Shown here: positions 9,975-18,564 of the stretch, one piece after another
Numbering within the stretch: position 1 is the first letter of the stretch
Layout: each line of letters opens with the position of its first letter
From: Candidatus Zapsychrus exili
GTDB lineage: Bacteria > Omnitrophota > Gorgyraeia > Zapsychrales > Zapsychraceae
Length of the DNA stretch: 60,723 bases
Assembly: GCA_030765585.1 (NCBI GenBank)
Contig: JAVCCJ010000034.1
Coordinates: 1 to 60,723 of the forward strand
Direction of reading: 5' to 3'
Program-made: the position numbers and the translations under genes
Notes under the pieces: generated by a model
Seen by the model: the letters and a program-made list of their open reading frames with translations, nothing else
Database searches by the model: none
What the model was told of the DNA's origin: nothing

Positions 9975-11348
9975 ATGATTAGAGCATCTTCTGAATTTAA
10001 ACACATCAAAATGAACCCTTTTAGTCTTTCATTTTCAAAAGACATTGAAGGGGACTTTCTATCTCATTACTGTACAAAATACCTAAATCACATACGCTGG
10101 TCTATGTTTCTAGGAATTGCTATCTGGGGACTTTTCGGCGTATTAGATGTCTGGATTGCACCAAGAGAAACCTTATTTAAGCTTTTCTTAATGCGCTACG
10201 CCATTGTTTGGCCGATTATGGTCATAAGTATAATCCTTTCTTACACTAAAAATGTAAAAAAATATATAGGTTTTGCTATTTCGATAGGAATTCTCGCAAG
10301 CGGTCTAGGAGTTATCGCTAAGGCAGCTATTGTTCCAGCAGAAATGAGTTATATATGGAATGCTAGTATCATTGTAATATTTATCTACAGCTATGCTATC
10401 ATGAGGTCTCGTTTTGTGTGGGCAGCAACAATAGGCGTAATAATTATCATCGCCTACGAGCTTGTAGCAATAAATATTATAGAGCTTTCCAAAGCAGATC
10501 TTTTAAACAATAACTTCTTTATAATAACAGGTAACTTGATAGGGATGTACGTATGTTATTTTATGGAGATGTTCGCTCGCAAAGACTTTTTGTACTCAAG
10601 ACTAATTATATCCGAAAGAAATAAGATAGCTCGTATAAATACGCAGCTTAAAAGTGAAATAAGCGAACGACTTGAGGTAGAAAAGTCCCTAGAAGAGCAT
10701 CAATCAGATTTAGAGAAATTAATAAGCGAACGTACAAAAGATTTAGAACGCACTCAAGAAGAAATTATATACACATTAGCTCACGCATCAGAATATAGAG
10801 ATAACGAGACAGGAAAACATATACAGCGTATGAGCCAATATTGTGCTTTATTAGGTCACGCCATCGGACTTGACAAAAAAGAGTGCGAACTACTTGATCT
10901 TGCAAGTCAAATGCATGATATCGGAAAGATTGGTATTCCAGATTCCGTACTTCTTAAGCCTGGCAAACTAGACAAAGAAGAGTGGGAAATTATGAAAACT
11001 CACGCTAAAATTGGGGCGCAAATATTGCCTGATAATAACTCTAAACTTCTTAGCATGGCAAAGGTTATTGCTCTTACGCATCATGAAAACTGGGATGGAA
11101 CAGGCTATCCACAAAAGTTAAAAGAAGAAAACATTCCCTTGCTAGGTCGCATCGTAAGGCTTTGTGATGTTTTTGATGCATTAACGAGCAGGCGCCCATA
11201 CAAAGAAGCTTGGCCAATAGAACAAGCTTTGGCAGAGATTTATAGCCTAGATGGAATTCAGTTTGACCCTAATCTAGTTGCAAAATTCAAAGAAGTGCTT
11301 CCGTACATATTGGAAATCTCCAACAAGCCCAACCTTACAGAAAAATAA
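9975..11348 (+). CDS. Membrane-anchored HD-GYP cyclic-dinucleotide phosphodiesterase
   Basis: About 5-6 N-terminal hydrophobic helices, coiled coil, EYRDNETGKH, MHDIGKIG, HHENWDGTGYP, DVFDAL..RRPYK. Confidence 0.88.
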   Translation: MIRASSEFKHIKMNPFSLSFSKDIEGDFLSHYCTKYLNHIRWSMFLGIAIWGLFGVLDVWIAPRETLFKLFLMRYAIVWPIMVISIILSYTKNVKKYIGFAISIGILASGLGVIAKAAIVPAEMSYIWNASIIVIFIYSYAIMRSRFVWAATIGVIIIIAYELVAINIIELSKADLLNNNFFIITGNLIGMYVCYFMEMFARKDFLYSRLIISERNKIARINTQLKSEISERLEVEKSLEEHQSDLEKLISERTKDLERTQEEIIYTLAHASEYRDNETGKHIQRMSQYCALLGHAIGLDKKECELLDLASQMHDIGKIGIPDSVLLKPGKLDKEEWEIMKTHAKIGAQILPDNNSKLLSMAKVIALTHHENWDGTGYPQKLKEENIPLLGRIVRLCDVFDALTSRRPYKEAWPIEQALAEIYSLDGIQFDPNLVAKFKEVLPYILEISNKPNLTEK

Positions 11349-11381
11349 GGACCATTCTTGTTTAAATTTTCAGAATGACCC

Positions 11382-11398
11382 TGATTACACTGATTAAA
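11382..11398. repeat. 9-mer tandem half-repeat TGATTACAC-TGATTAAA
   Basis: 16/17 identical to 28271-28287. Confidence 0.45.
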
Positions 11399-11413
11399 TA
11401 GGCACTTTAGCGC

Positions 11414-12343
11414 CTATTTAAAATCGCCTAAGAATCTGACTTCGTGTTCTAACTCTAGTCCAAATTTGTTTTTTACGATGTAGGCCATTTTGTTTGATAG
11501 GTCAAATACATCTTGAGGCAGACAAGTTTGATTGGATTTTACAATAATGTTGGCATGCTTATTAAAAACAGATGCTCCGCCAACTTTTAAATCTTTAGCA
11601 CCAGCTTGATCTAAATACCATCCTGCAGCACGACGATCTTCACCAGCTTCTTTTGGCTCAATGTTCTTAAATATGCTCCCTGCGCACGGCGTAACTTCTG
11701 GGCAAGGATGCTTTTCCCATCTAACAGTCAGAAATTCTTTTCTCTCATCTAACAATTTATTATTATCAGATAATTTAAGCGAGAATTGTACTGATAAAAC
11801 TACATCTTCCGATTTCTTTAAAATTGAATCTCTGTATTTAAAACCCAGGTCTTGATGTTCAATATGACTCTTAATACCTTCCTTTGATACAATCTCCACG
11901 CTTGATACTGAATCAGATATTTGTCTTCCAAATGCACCTGCATTTCCAACAACTGCACCACCTACAGTTCCAGGTATACCTGATGCAAAATTAATACCCT
12001 CTAACCCTTGCTCCGCTGCAAAAGACACTACATCATCTAGCTTTGCACTAGCCGAAACAAATATATCATCTCCTACGCGCTCAAAAATAGGTTCATTTGA
12101 TGCAAAACGTACAACATAGCAATCAAGTCCTTTGTCAGACACTATTATGTTAGATCCTTCTCCTACAACAATAAAGGGGAGAGAGTCTGCTGCAAGTTGT
12201 CTTATAACTTCTTGGATTTGCTCTGGTGTTTTACAATCAAAGAGCGTGGGGCAAGGTCCACCTAATTTAAATGTAGTAAAATCACAAAGTCGTGGATTAT
12301 CGAAAATTTCAACGCCAAGTTTTTTTAATTTAAGTACGTCCAA
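11414..12343 (-). CDS. murB: UDP-N-acetylenolpyruvoylglucosamine reductase
   Basis: TTFKLGGP, GEGSNII, GIPGTVGGAVVGNAGAFG, AGSIFKN, KHANIIV, LEHEV. Confidence 0.93.
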   Translation of the reverse strand: MDVLKLKKLGVEIFDNPRLCDFTTFKLGGPCPTLFDCKTPEQIQEVIRQLAADSLPFIVVGEGSNIIVSDKGLDCYVVRFASNEPIFERVGDDIFVSASAKLDDVVSFAAEQGLEGINFASGIPGTVGGAVVGNAGAFGRQISDSVSSVEIVSKEGIKSHIEHQDLGFKYRDSILKKSEDVVLSVQFSLKLSDNNKLLDERKEFLTVRWEKHPCPEVTPCAGSIFKNIEPKEAGEDRRAAGWYLDQAGAKDLKVGGASVFNKHANIIVKSNQTCLPQDVFDLSNKMAYIVKNKFGLELEHEVRFLGDFK

Positions 12344-12359
12344 TTAAATCCTCGTTTTG

Positions 12360-12595
12360 ACAAAAGGTGCCAGTGCAGATTCAAGATGCTAGTGCAACAG
12401 TTTAAAAAATTTTATCACTACTACCCTAACTTCTGTCATCCCTGCGAAGGCAGGGATCCCCGCTTTTAAATAACTGTTTCTCGCAACATCAAGAGATTCC
12501 TGCCTTCGCAGGAATGACAACGGGAGAAACAGGGATGGCAAACAAAGAACAAAAGGTGCCAGGCACTTGTCGATTTATTTTAGGTGCCAGGCACC
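12360..12595. repeat. Composite repeat locus: GGTGCCAGGCACC-family copies around a dRS3-like dyad
   Basis: ACAAAAGGTGCCAG at 12360-12373 and 12549-12562; palindrome GGTGCC-A-GGCACC 12583-12595; dyad TGTCATCCCTGCGAAGGCAGGGATC 12434-12458 and GAGATTCCTGCCTTCGCAGGAATGACA 12493-12519. Confidence 0.8.
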
Positions 12596-13090
12596 CAGCA
12601 AAAACAAATAATCTGAAAGTCTATTTACCCAAGAAAGGATGAATTTGTTTGTAATTGCTTTTTTATTAAAAAGTGTAACTATTTTTCTCTCTACTCTTCG
12701 AGAAACAGCACGAGCCAAATCAATGTAAGATGAAACTAAAGAGCCCTGCACAATATTAAAGCATTTAGGCAACATAACCTTTTTACTTAAATACAAAACT
12801 TTTTTGTCTAATATATTTAGATCTTCTTTTTCTAAACGCCTTTTAAGCTTGGTAATCTTCCCAGGAGTTGTTGCAACTTCAGATGATATTACAATAAGTA
12901 TTTTCTGCAAACACAAAATTTCATTCTTTAGCTTTTTAACTTTAGCAGACGCACTTACAACAGACAAAATGCTTATAAGATCATCAATATCTCCTAACGC
13001 ATCTATTGTAGGAGAACTTTTTGAAACTTTCTCTCCCGAAAAAAGAGAAGTAGTTCCTTTATCGCCTTTTTTTGTTGTTATGTTTGTCAT
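12575..13090 (-). CDS. pduO: ATP:cob(I)alamin adenosyltransferase, PduO type
   Basis: ITTKKGDKGTTSLFSG, LGDIDDL, RAVSRRVER, NRLSDYLF. Confidence 0.85.
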   Translation of the reverse strand: MTNITTKKGDKGTTSLFSGEKVSKSSPTIDALGDIDDLISILSVVSASAKVKKLKNEILCLQKILIVISSEVATTPGKITKLKRRLEKEDLNILDKKVLYLSKKVMLPKCFNIVQGSLVSSYIDLARAVSRRVERKIVTLFNKKAITNKFILSWVNRLSDYLFLLGAWHLK

Positions 13091-13091
13091 G

Positions 13092-13346
13092 TTAAAAAGT
13101 TATTTTTACCATTCCCGTTTTTATTTTACATCTGCAAGCTAATCTTGTAGTTTTATCCAAGCCTAGATCTTTTTCCTCGGCTGTTAAATCGTTTAAGTTA
13201 TCTGCGCCTTCCAGCACTTTAATAAGGCATGAACCACAAGCACCAGCATTACAGCTAAAAACAACTCCTGAAGACTTACAAGCCTCAGATATTTTATCCC
13301 CGTCGTCTAATTGATGTTCGATGTGATTTACAATTAATGTTGCCAT
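13092..13346 (-). CDS. [2Fe-2S] ferredoxin
   Basis: FSCNAGACGSC...RLACRC. Confidence 0.9.
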   Translation of the reverse strand: MATLIVNHIEHQLDDGDKISEACKSSGVVFSCNAGACGSCLIKVLEGADNLNDLTAEEKDLGLDKTTRLACRCKIKTGMVKITF

Positions 13347-13405
13347 ATTTGTTTACTCCTAAATAAGCGCTTCGCGCTCTATTGTTTGGGTCATTGAAAA
13401 TGACC

Positions 13406-14326
13406 CTAAATTTTTGGTAATTTAAAAACAATATTATTTTCAGGATTCTCAGAAGCATAAACAACTGAACCTGAATATTTTTGACTAATTCTTTCTACAA
13501 GCCCATCAACAATGTCTCTCGGAACAGATGCGCCAGAGCTTACACCAACTTTATTCTTACCCTCTAAAATACTAACATCAAGCTCGTCCTTAGAATCTAC
13601 TAAAGAGCTTGCCACTCCTGCACGAATTCCTGTCTCGCAAAGACGATTACTATTAGAACTATTCTTAGATCCGCAAATAATAATTACATCACATATCTTC
13701 GCAAGCTCTTTTACTGCATCTTGTCTACTTTGAGTTGCGTAACAAAGGTCCGAGCGAGAAGGGATGATAAGCTTAGAATATTTCTTCTTTAACTTATCTA
13801 TCATTGCTTTAGTATCATCAACCGAAAGTGTCGTTTGAGTTATAAATGCAACCTCTAAATTTTCATCTACACTAAGACAATCTACATCGTCTTTGTTTTC
13901 TACAATATGAAGTAATTCTTCTTTGACATAACCTGCTGTACCTATTATTTCCTGGTGACCTTTATGTCCAATTAAAATTGTATTAATGTTTTCTTTAGAG
14001 TATTTGACAGCTTGTGCGTGCACTCTCGCAACTAGTGGGCACGTTGCATCAATCACCTTTAGGTCTCTCGCTAAAGCCTCCTCAATCACAGAAGGAGGAA
14101 CTCCATGAGCACTTAAAATTATTCTCTCGCCTTTAGGAACTAGGTTTATCTCATCGACAAAAATAACACCCTGATCTTTAAAATCATTTACTACGAAAGT
14201 ATTGTGTACTATCTCATGATACACATAAAGAGGGGAGCCATACTTCTTAAGTGCTTCTTTTACAATATTTATGGCAAAAGAAACGCCCGCGCAGAATCCC
14301 TGAGTTTTTGCTAAATATATTTCCAT
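13406..14326 (-). CDS. ispH: 4-hydroxy-3-methylbut-2-enyl diphosphate reductase
   Basis: GFCAGV, HEIVHN, SAHGV, DATCPLV, LCYATQ.RQ, SSNSNRL, SSGASVP. Confidence 0.95.
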   Translation of the reverse strand: MEIYLAKTQGFCAGVSFAINIVKEALKKYGSPLYVYHEIVHNTFVVNDFKDQGVIFVDEINLVPKGERIILSAHGVPPSVIEEALARDLKVIDATCPLVARVHAQAVKYSKENINTILIGHKGHQEIIGTAGYVKEELLHIVENKDDVDCLSVDENLEVAFITQTTLSVDDTKAMIDKLKKKYSKLIIPSRSDLCYATQSRQDAVKELAKICDVIIICGSKNSSNSNRLCETGIRAGVASSLVDSKDELDVSILEGKNKVGVSSGASVPRDIVDGLVERISQKYSGSVVYASENPENNIVFKLPKI

Positions 14327-14501
14327 AAGTGCTTATTTAACTTGCAATACTTGTGCTTTTCTTTTAAGATTGAGCGTGATAATGTGGATGAGGTAATTGT
14401 AGCATGAAATTTTTTTTAGTAAACAAAAAGGTTCTTTCCTAACTTCATTTGATTGAAAGAAACTTGATTACAATAAGAATAAATACGGTCCAACAAAAAC
14501 G

Positions 14502-15713
14502 ATGAACACAAAAAAACAAAAAACACAAGAAGTTAAGATTGGTAACGTCAAGGTAGGTGGAAACAACCCAGTCGTAATCCAATCGATGACAAATACCGAT
14601 ACAGCAGATGTAAGCAAAACAACTGCACAAATTATTGAGCTTATTAAGGCTGGATCAGAGATAGTAAGGATAACTATCAATGACTCTGCCGCCTGCCAAG
14701 CTGTACCAAAAATAATAAACAACATAAGAAAAAAAGGCTACAGCACTCCTGTAGTTGGAGACTTTCATTACAATGGACATATTCTTCTAAACAAATTCCC
14801 AATACTTGCACACGCCCTAGATAAGTATCGAATCAATCCAGGTAATGTGGGTGGGAAAAATGCTCATGACAAAAACTTTGAAAAATTTATTAAGATAGCA
14901 ATAAAAACAAAAAAACCTATTCGTATTGGAGTTAACGGTGGCTCATTAGACAAAAATCTTTTTGAAGAATTAAAAGAAAAGAACAGTAGACTAAAGCGAA
15001 CGAAAACAGAAAAAGAAGTATGGCGAGCGGCACTTGTCGAAAGCGCAATAAGAAGTGCAAAACAAGCAATCAATTTAGGTCTTCCTAAAAACAAAATAAT
15101 ACTCAGCGTTAAAGCATCAGAGCTTCAAGATTTAGTTGCAATAAACAGGTCTCTGTCTAAACTTTGTGACCATCCAATTCACGTAGGACTAACTGAAGCA
15201 GGAAGCGATTTAGAAGGAATATCTTCTTCGGCTGCTGCTTTAGGAATTTTACTTAACGAAGGAATAGGCGACACTATCAGAGTATCACTTACCCCGCAAC
15301 CTAAAGTAAGCAGGGCTCGTGAAGTAGAGGTATGCAAAGCAATTGTTCAATCTTTAGGGCTTCGCCACTTTGAGCCAAAAGTAACAAGTTGTCCTGGCTG
15401 CGGAAGAACGGATGGAGAATATTTTCAGATGCTTGCAGACGATATTAAAAAGCACATAAAAAAGAATGTCTCTCGCTGGCGCAAAAAATATCCTGGAATA
15501 GAGAAAATAAGAATTGCTGTAATGGGTTGCATTGTTAATGGTCCAGGAGAGAGCAAACATGCAGATATTGGAATTAGCTTGCCAGGAAAAAGCGAAACCC
15601 CACAAGCACTTGTTTTTGTTAAAGAAAAATTGATTGCTAAATTAAAAGGTGGGAAAATAAAAGAAAAATTTATAAAAATACTCGAAGACTTTATCTGCCA
15701 GTTAAACAAGTAA
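14502..15713 (+). CDS. ispG: (E)-4-hydroxy-3-methylbut-2-enyl-diphosphate synthase
   Basis: IQSMTNT, GDFHYN, RINPGN, RIGVNGGSL, GIGDTIRVSL, SCPGCGR, MGCIVNGPGE. Confidence 0.95.
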   Translation: MNTKKQKTQEVKIGNVKVGGNNPVVIQSMTNTDTADVSKTTAQIIELIKAGSEIVRITINDSAACQAVPKIINNIRKKGYSTPVVGDFHYNGHILLNKFPILAHALDKYRINPGNVGGKNAHDKNFEKFIKIAIKTKKPIRIGVNGGSLDKNLFEELKEKNSRLKRTKTEKEVWRAALVESAIRSAKQAINLGLPKNKIILSVKASELQDLVAINRSLSKLCDHPIHVGLTEAGSDLEGISSSAAALGILLNEGIGDTIRVSLTPQPKVSRAREVEVCKAIVQSLGLRHFEPKVTSCPGCGRTDGEYFQMLADDIKKHIKKNVSRWRKKYPGIEKIRIAVMGCIVNGPGESKHADIGISLPGKSETPQALVFVKEKLIAKLKGGKIKEKFIKILEDFICQLNK

Positions 15714-15718
15714 ACTTC

Positions 15719-15778
15719 GTAGGGGCGGGATTCATCCCACTTTTGTCATTGCGAGAAGCACAAGCGACACGGCAATCT
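15719..15778. repeat. Composite: GTAG-type REP half plus GTCATTGCGAG-family half
   Basis: GTAGGGGCGGGATTCATCCC 15719-15738; TGTCATTGCGAG...GGCAATCT 15744-15778. Confidence 0.65.
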
Positions 15779-15815
15779 CATTAAGAACCAGGTAAGATAA
15801 GGAAAGGGAGGGTTT

Positions 15816-16430
15816 ATGAAAAATTTCAAATATATCCTGCATATCTTTTTAATATTATTAATTTTTCCTAAAACAGCTTATTGCTGCATTGATTCAGGAG
15901 CTGGTTTTGCAACAGAGGCACTTTTAACTGATTCAGAAATAGAATACGATTTTTCTGATATTGAGGAAAAAGTTAATACAACAAAAATAAAACACCCCTT
16001 TGGTGGCAGCAAAGACGGCTTTGCCTATGCTTCTAATTTTAACAATAAAGTTGTTGTAATCATTGGTGAAGATGTAATGTTGAAGCCACTTGAGGAATTT
16101 TCAATGGAAAAGTTTGACATTAAGTCTAAGCTAGTCTCAGGATTTAATATAAGAATTCAAATCCCTTATGAGTATAAGAGAGACGAGTCCTTTATGACAA
16201 AGATATCCACGTCTGTTGATTATAAAACATTTGATTTCTCAAAGGCAATGGAAACAGAGCTATTGTGGCTAAAAGGACAAGGTATAATTAAAAACATTTC
16301 AGACGAAGATTTAAAAGATATTACAGCTCTTACAAAACGGGGTCGAGCAGGAGAAAGTAATCGTATAGTTTACGATGAGGGAAAGTGGCTACAAGGAAAT
16401 TCCTGTGCCACACACCATAACCCGAACTAA
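15816..16430 (+). CDS. Hypothetical exported protein, C-terminus probably truncated by a repeat
   Basis: RBS GGAGG, signal-peptide-like N-terminus; final residues (NSCATHHNPN) read through the 24-bp repeat that starts at 16397. Confidence 0.6.
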   Translation: MKNFKYILHIFLILLIFPKTAYCCIDSGAGFATEALLTDSEIEYDFSDIEEKVNTTKIKHPFGGSKDGFAYASNFNNKVVVIIGEDVMLKPLEEFSMEKFDIKSKLVSGFNIRIQIPYEYKRDESFMTKISTSVDYKTFDFSKAMETELLWLKGQGIIKNISDEDLKDITALTKRGRAGESNRIVYDEGKWLQGNSCATHHNPN

Positions 16431-16452
16431 TTAAGGTTACGGTATGTGTCCC
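16397..16452. repeat. Left copy of bipartite direct repeat flanking the GMP synthase gene
   Basis: AAATTCCTGTGCCACACACCATAA 16397-16420 identical to 17462-17485; GTATGTGTCCC 16442-16452 identical to 17540-17550. Confidence 0.85.
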
Positions 16453-16483
16453 CAAATTGTTAAAACAAAGAAAGGATTTTATC

Positions 16484-17452
16484 ATGCCAGACATCAAAGA
16501 GATCACAGTGGGCGAGCTGAACACAAAAGATTTTATTGACCAAAAAGTAAAAGAAATATCACAGGCAGTCGGCGACGGAGAGGCTATAAACGCCTTATCC
16601 GGCGGAGTGGATTCTTCAGCTGTTACGATGCTGGGGCACAAGGCCCTGGGCAGTCGTCTTAAAACATATTTTGTTGATAATGGAATAATGAGAGAAGGCG
16701 AGCCGCAGAAAATTGTAGATCTGTTTAAAGAGCTAGGCGTTGTTGTTAAGATAGTTGATGCCAAAGATAAATTTTTTAAAGCACTAGCCGGCATTACTGA
16801 TCCAGAAGAAAAACGAGAAGCCATTACCCAGGCCTTTTATAAAGATGTTTTCGGAAAGCTTGTCAGCGAAAGCGGGGCAAAATATCTTTTGCAGGGGACT
16901 ATTTTAACTGATGTGGACGAAACCGTCGCAGGAATAAAAAGGCAGCACAATGTCTTTGAGCAATTAGGAATTGACCCAGAGAAGACATTTGGCTATAAGA
17001 TCCTTGAACCGTTGATCCAGTTGCGCAAAGATGGAGTAAGAAAAGCAGCGCAAGCTCTTGGATTACCAAAATGTTTATTTGCGCGTATGCCTTTTCCAGG
17101 TCCGGCATTGGCAGCAAGGGTAATAGGGGATGTAACGCCAGAAAAAATAGCCACTGTCCGCATTGCAACAAGTATTCTTGAAGAAGAGCTGGCACAATCA
17201 GAGGCGTTTCAACATATGGCTATCTTGCATCAGGATAAAGTCACTGGCATGCGCGATAATAAAAGGGATTTTGGTCTGCAAATCGAAATAAGGAGCTGGG
17301 ATAGCATTGACGCCAGAGAGGCAAAGCCAACAAGGCTGCCTTATGAGGTTTTAGAAAAGCTGGCAAGCAGGATGGTTTCTGAGGTTCCTGGGGTTGTGAG
17401 TGTAACATATAATATCGCGACCAAACCACCATCAACAATGGAAGTGGTGTAA
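16484..17452 (+). CDS. guaA: GMP synthase ATP-pyrophosphatase subunit (split, subunit-B type, no glutaminase domain)
   Basis: ALSGGVDSS PP-loop, G.TDPEEKR, LLQGTI..DV.E, IKRQHNV, PFPGPALAAR, V.YNIATKPPSTME; ATG 16484 after AAAGGA. Confidence 0.8.
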   Translation: MPDIKEITVGELNTKDFIDQKVKEISQAVGDGEAINALSGGVDSSAVTMLGHKALGSRLKTYFVDNGIMREGEPQKIVDLFKELGVVVKIVDAKDKFFKALAGITDPEEKREAITQAFYKDVFGKLVSESGAKYLLQGTILTDVDETVAGIKRQHNVFEQLGIDPEKTFGYKILEPLIQLRKDGVRKAAQALGLPKCLFARMPFPGPALAARVIGDVTPEKIATVRIATSILEEELAQSEAFQHMAILHQDKVTGMRDNKRDFGLQIEIRSWDSIDAREAKPTRLPYEVLEKLASRMVSEVPGVVSVTYNIATKPPSTMEVV

Positions 17453-17461
17453 GGGATATAT

Positions 17462-17550
17462 AAATTCCTGTGCCACACACCATAAGGGGTTTAAAAGGCT
17501 GGATCCCCGCATTCGCGAGGATGACAGTATAAGGTCCAAGTATGTGTCCC
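17462..17550. repeat. Right copy of bipartite direct repeat, carrying an inserted dRS3-like half
   Basis: 24-mer 17462-17485, GGATCCCCGCATTCGCGAGGATGACAG 17501-17527, 11-mer 17540-17550. Confidence 0.85.
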
Positions 17551-17581
17551 AGAACTGATGGCTTATGAGAACTGAAAACTT

Positions 17582-18478
17582 ATGAAAAAAACAACGATTA
17601 TAGTAATCTTTTTATGTTTTGTGTTATGGCTATTCATTAAACCAAGCAAACCTTCGTACATTAAAGTTATTGGTCAAGTTGTAGATTTTGATTCTAATGA
17701 GCCTATATCGGATGCTAATGTAAAAATATTTCGTTTTTTTAATACCGGCAATTTATGGAGTTTTTTAAAATATAGCTATTTACGTGAAGAAAAAATTGCC
17801 ACCACAAATTCTTTGGGGCAATTTAATTTTAACAAAATAATAAAAGTTTCAAAAATAGGGAATAATATTAGGAGTGGTGACATTGAAATAACAAAGAAAG
17901 GGTATATTTCTTTTTATTATCAGATATTAGACCCTGCACCTATTCCATCTGAGTTTCAAATACGACTTAAAAAACAATACATGGGTTTTAAATTACCTCA
18001 AGGGCTTATACGCTACAAAATACCTACGCGCTCTGACAAAAAATATATTAACTTTCCGAACAATAAAGTTAGCAATGAAAAAGCCACAGCTGATTTAATT
18101 CTTGATTTTTATGAAGTTACTACAAACATTATTCCAGAAACATCTCAACGTCTGGGATCTTATAGAAGCTTATCCGGAACTTCTATTATTTTAAAAAGAC
18201 TTCAAGTCCAAGAGAATGGAGGCATTGCTGCTATTCCGATTCAAGAAGGAGGTCGCTTAGTTAATAGTTTTGAAGAATTGGCTAGCTGTTCTGAGCTTGA
18301 ATATAAAGAATATGTTGAATATCCTCCTCCGTCTGTTTATTGCATTAGAACAAAAGATGGTAACCATTATGCTAAAATTTACTTAGAAAACAACGGACGG
18401 CTATGTTGGATTTATCAGCCAGATAGTTCTACTGATGTAGAATCAGAATTAACAAGTCTAAAAAGATGGTTAAAATAA
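17582..18478 (+). CDS. Hypothetical membrane-anchored/exported protein with carboxypeptidase-regulatory-like beta domain
   Basis: N-terminal hydrophobic helix, GQVVDFDSNEPISDANV, ATTNSLGQFNF; AT-rich. Confidence 0.6.
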   Translation: MKKTTIIVIFLCFVLWLFIKPSKPSYIKVIGQVVDFDSNEPISDANVKIFRFFNTGNLWSFLKYSYLREEKIATTNSLGQFNFNKIIKVSKIGNNIRSGDIEITKKGYISFYYQILDPAPIPSEFQIRLKKQYMGFKLPQGLIRYKIPTRSDKKYINFPNNKVSNEKATADLILDFYEVTTNIIPETSQRLGSYRSLSGTSIILKRLQVQENGGIAAIPIQEGGRLVNSFEELASCSELEYKEYVEYPPPSVYCIRTKDGNHYAKIYLENNGRLCWIYQPDSSTDVESELTSLKRWLK

Positions 18479-18505
18479 ATAGGAATTTAAGTGGGGGTTG
18501 ATTTG

Positions 18506-18550
18506 AAAAGGAGCCAAGCTCCGTGCTTAGCACGGAGCTTGGCTCCTTTT
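18506..18550. terminator. Perfect 21-bp inverted repeat, probable bidirectional terminator
   Basis: AAAAGGAGCCAAGCTCCGTGC-TTA-GCACGGAGCTTGGCTCCTTTT between convergent genes. Confidence 0.8.
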
Positions 18551-18564
18551 TTCGTAACTTAAAC

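Noticed and set aside
16330-16824. 164-aa minus-strand ORF across the left repeat
   Set aside because: Shadow of guaA; no transposase or recombinase motifs
15719-18550. Integron cassette array
   Set aside because: No attC-like RYYYAAC...GTTRRRY boxes of suitable spacing and no integrase; reported only as cassette-like
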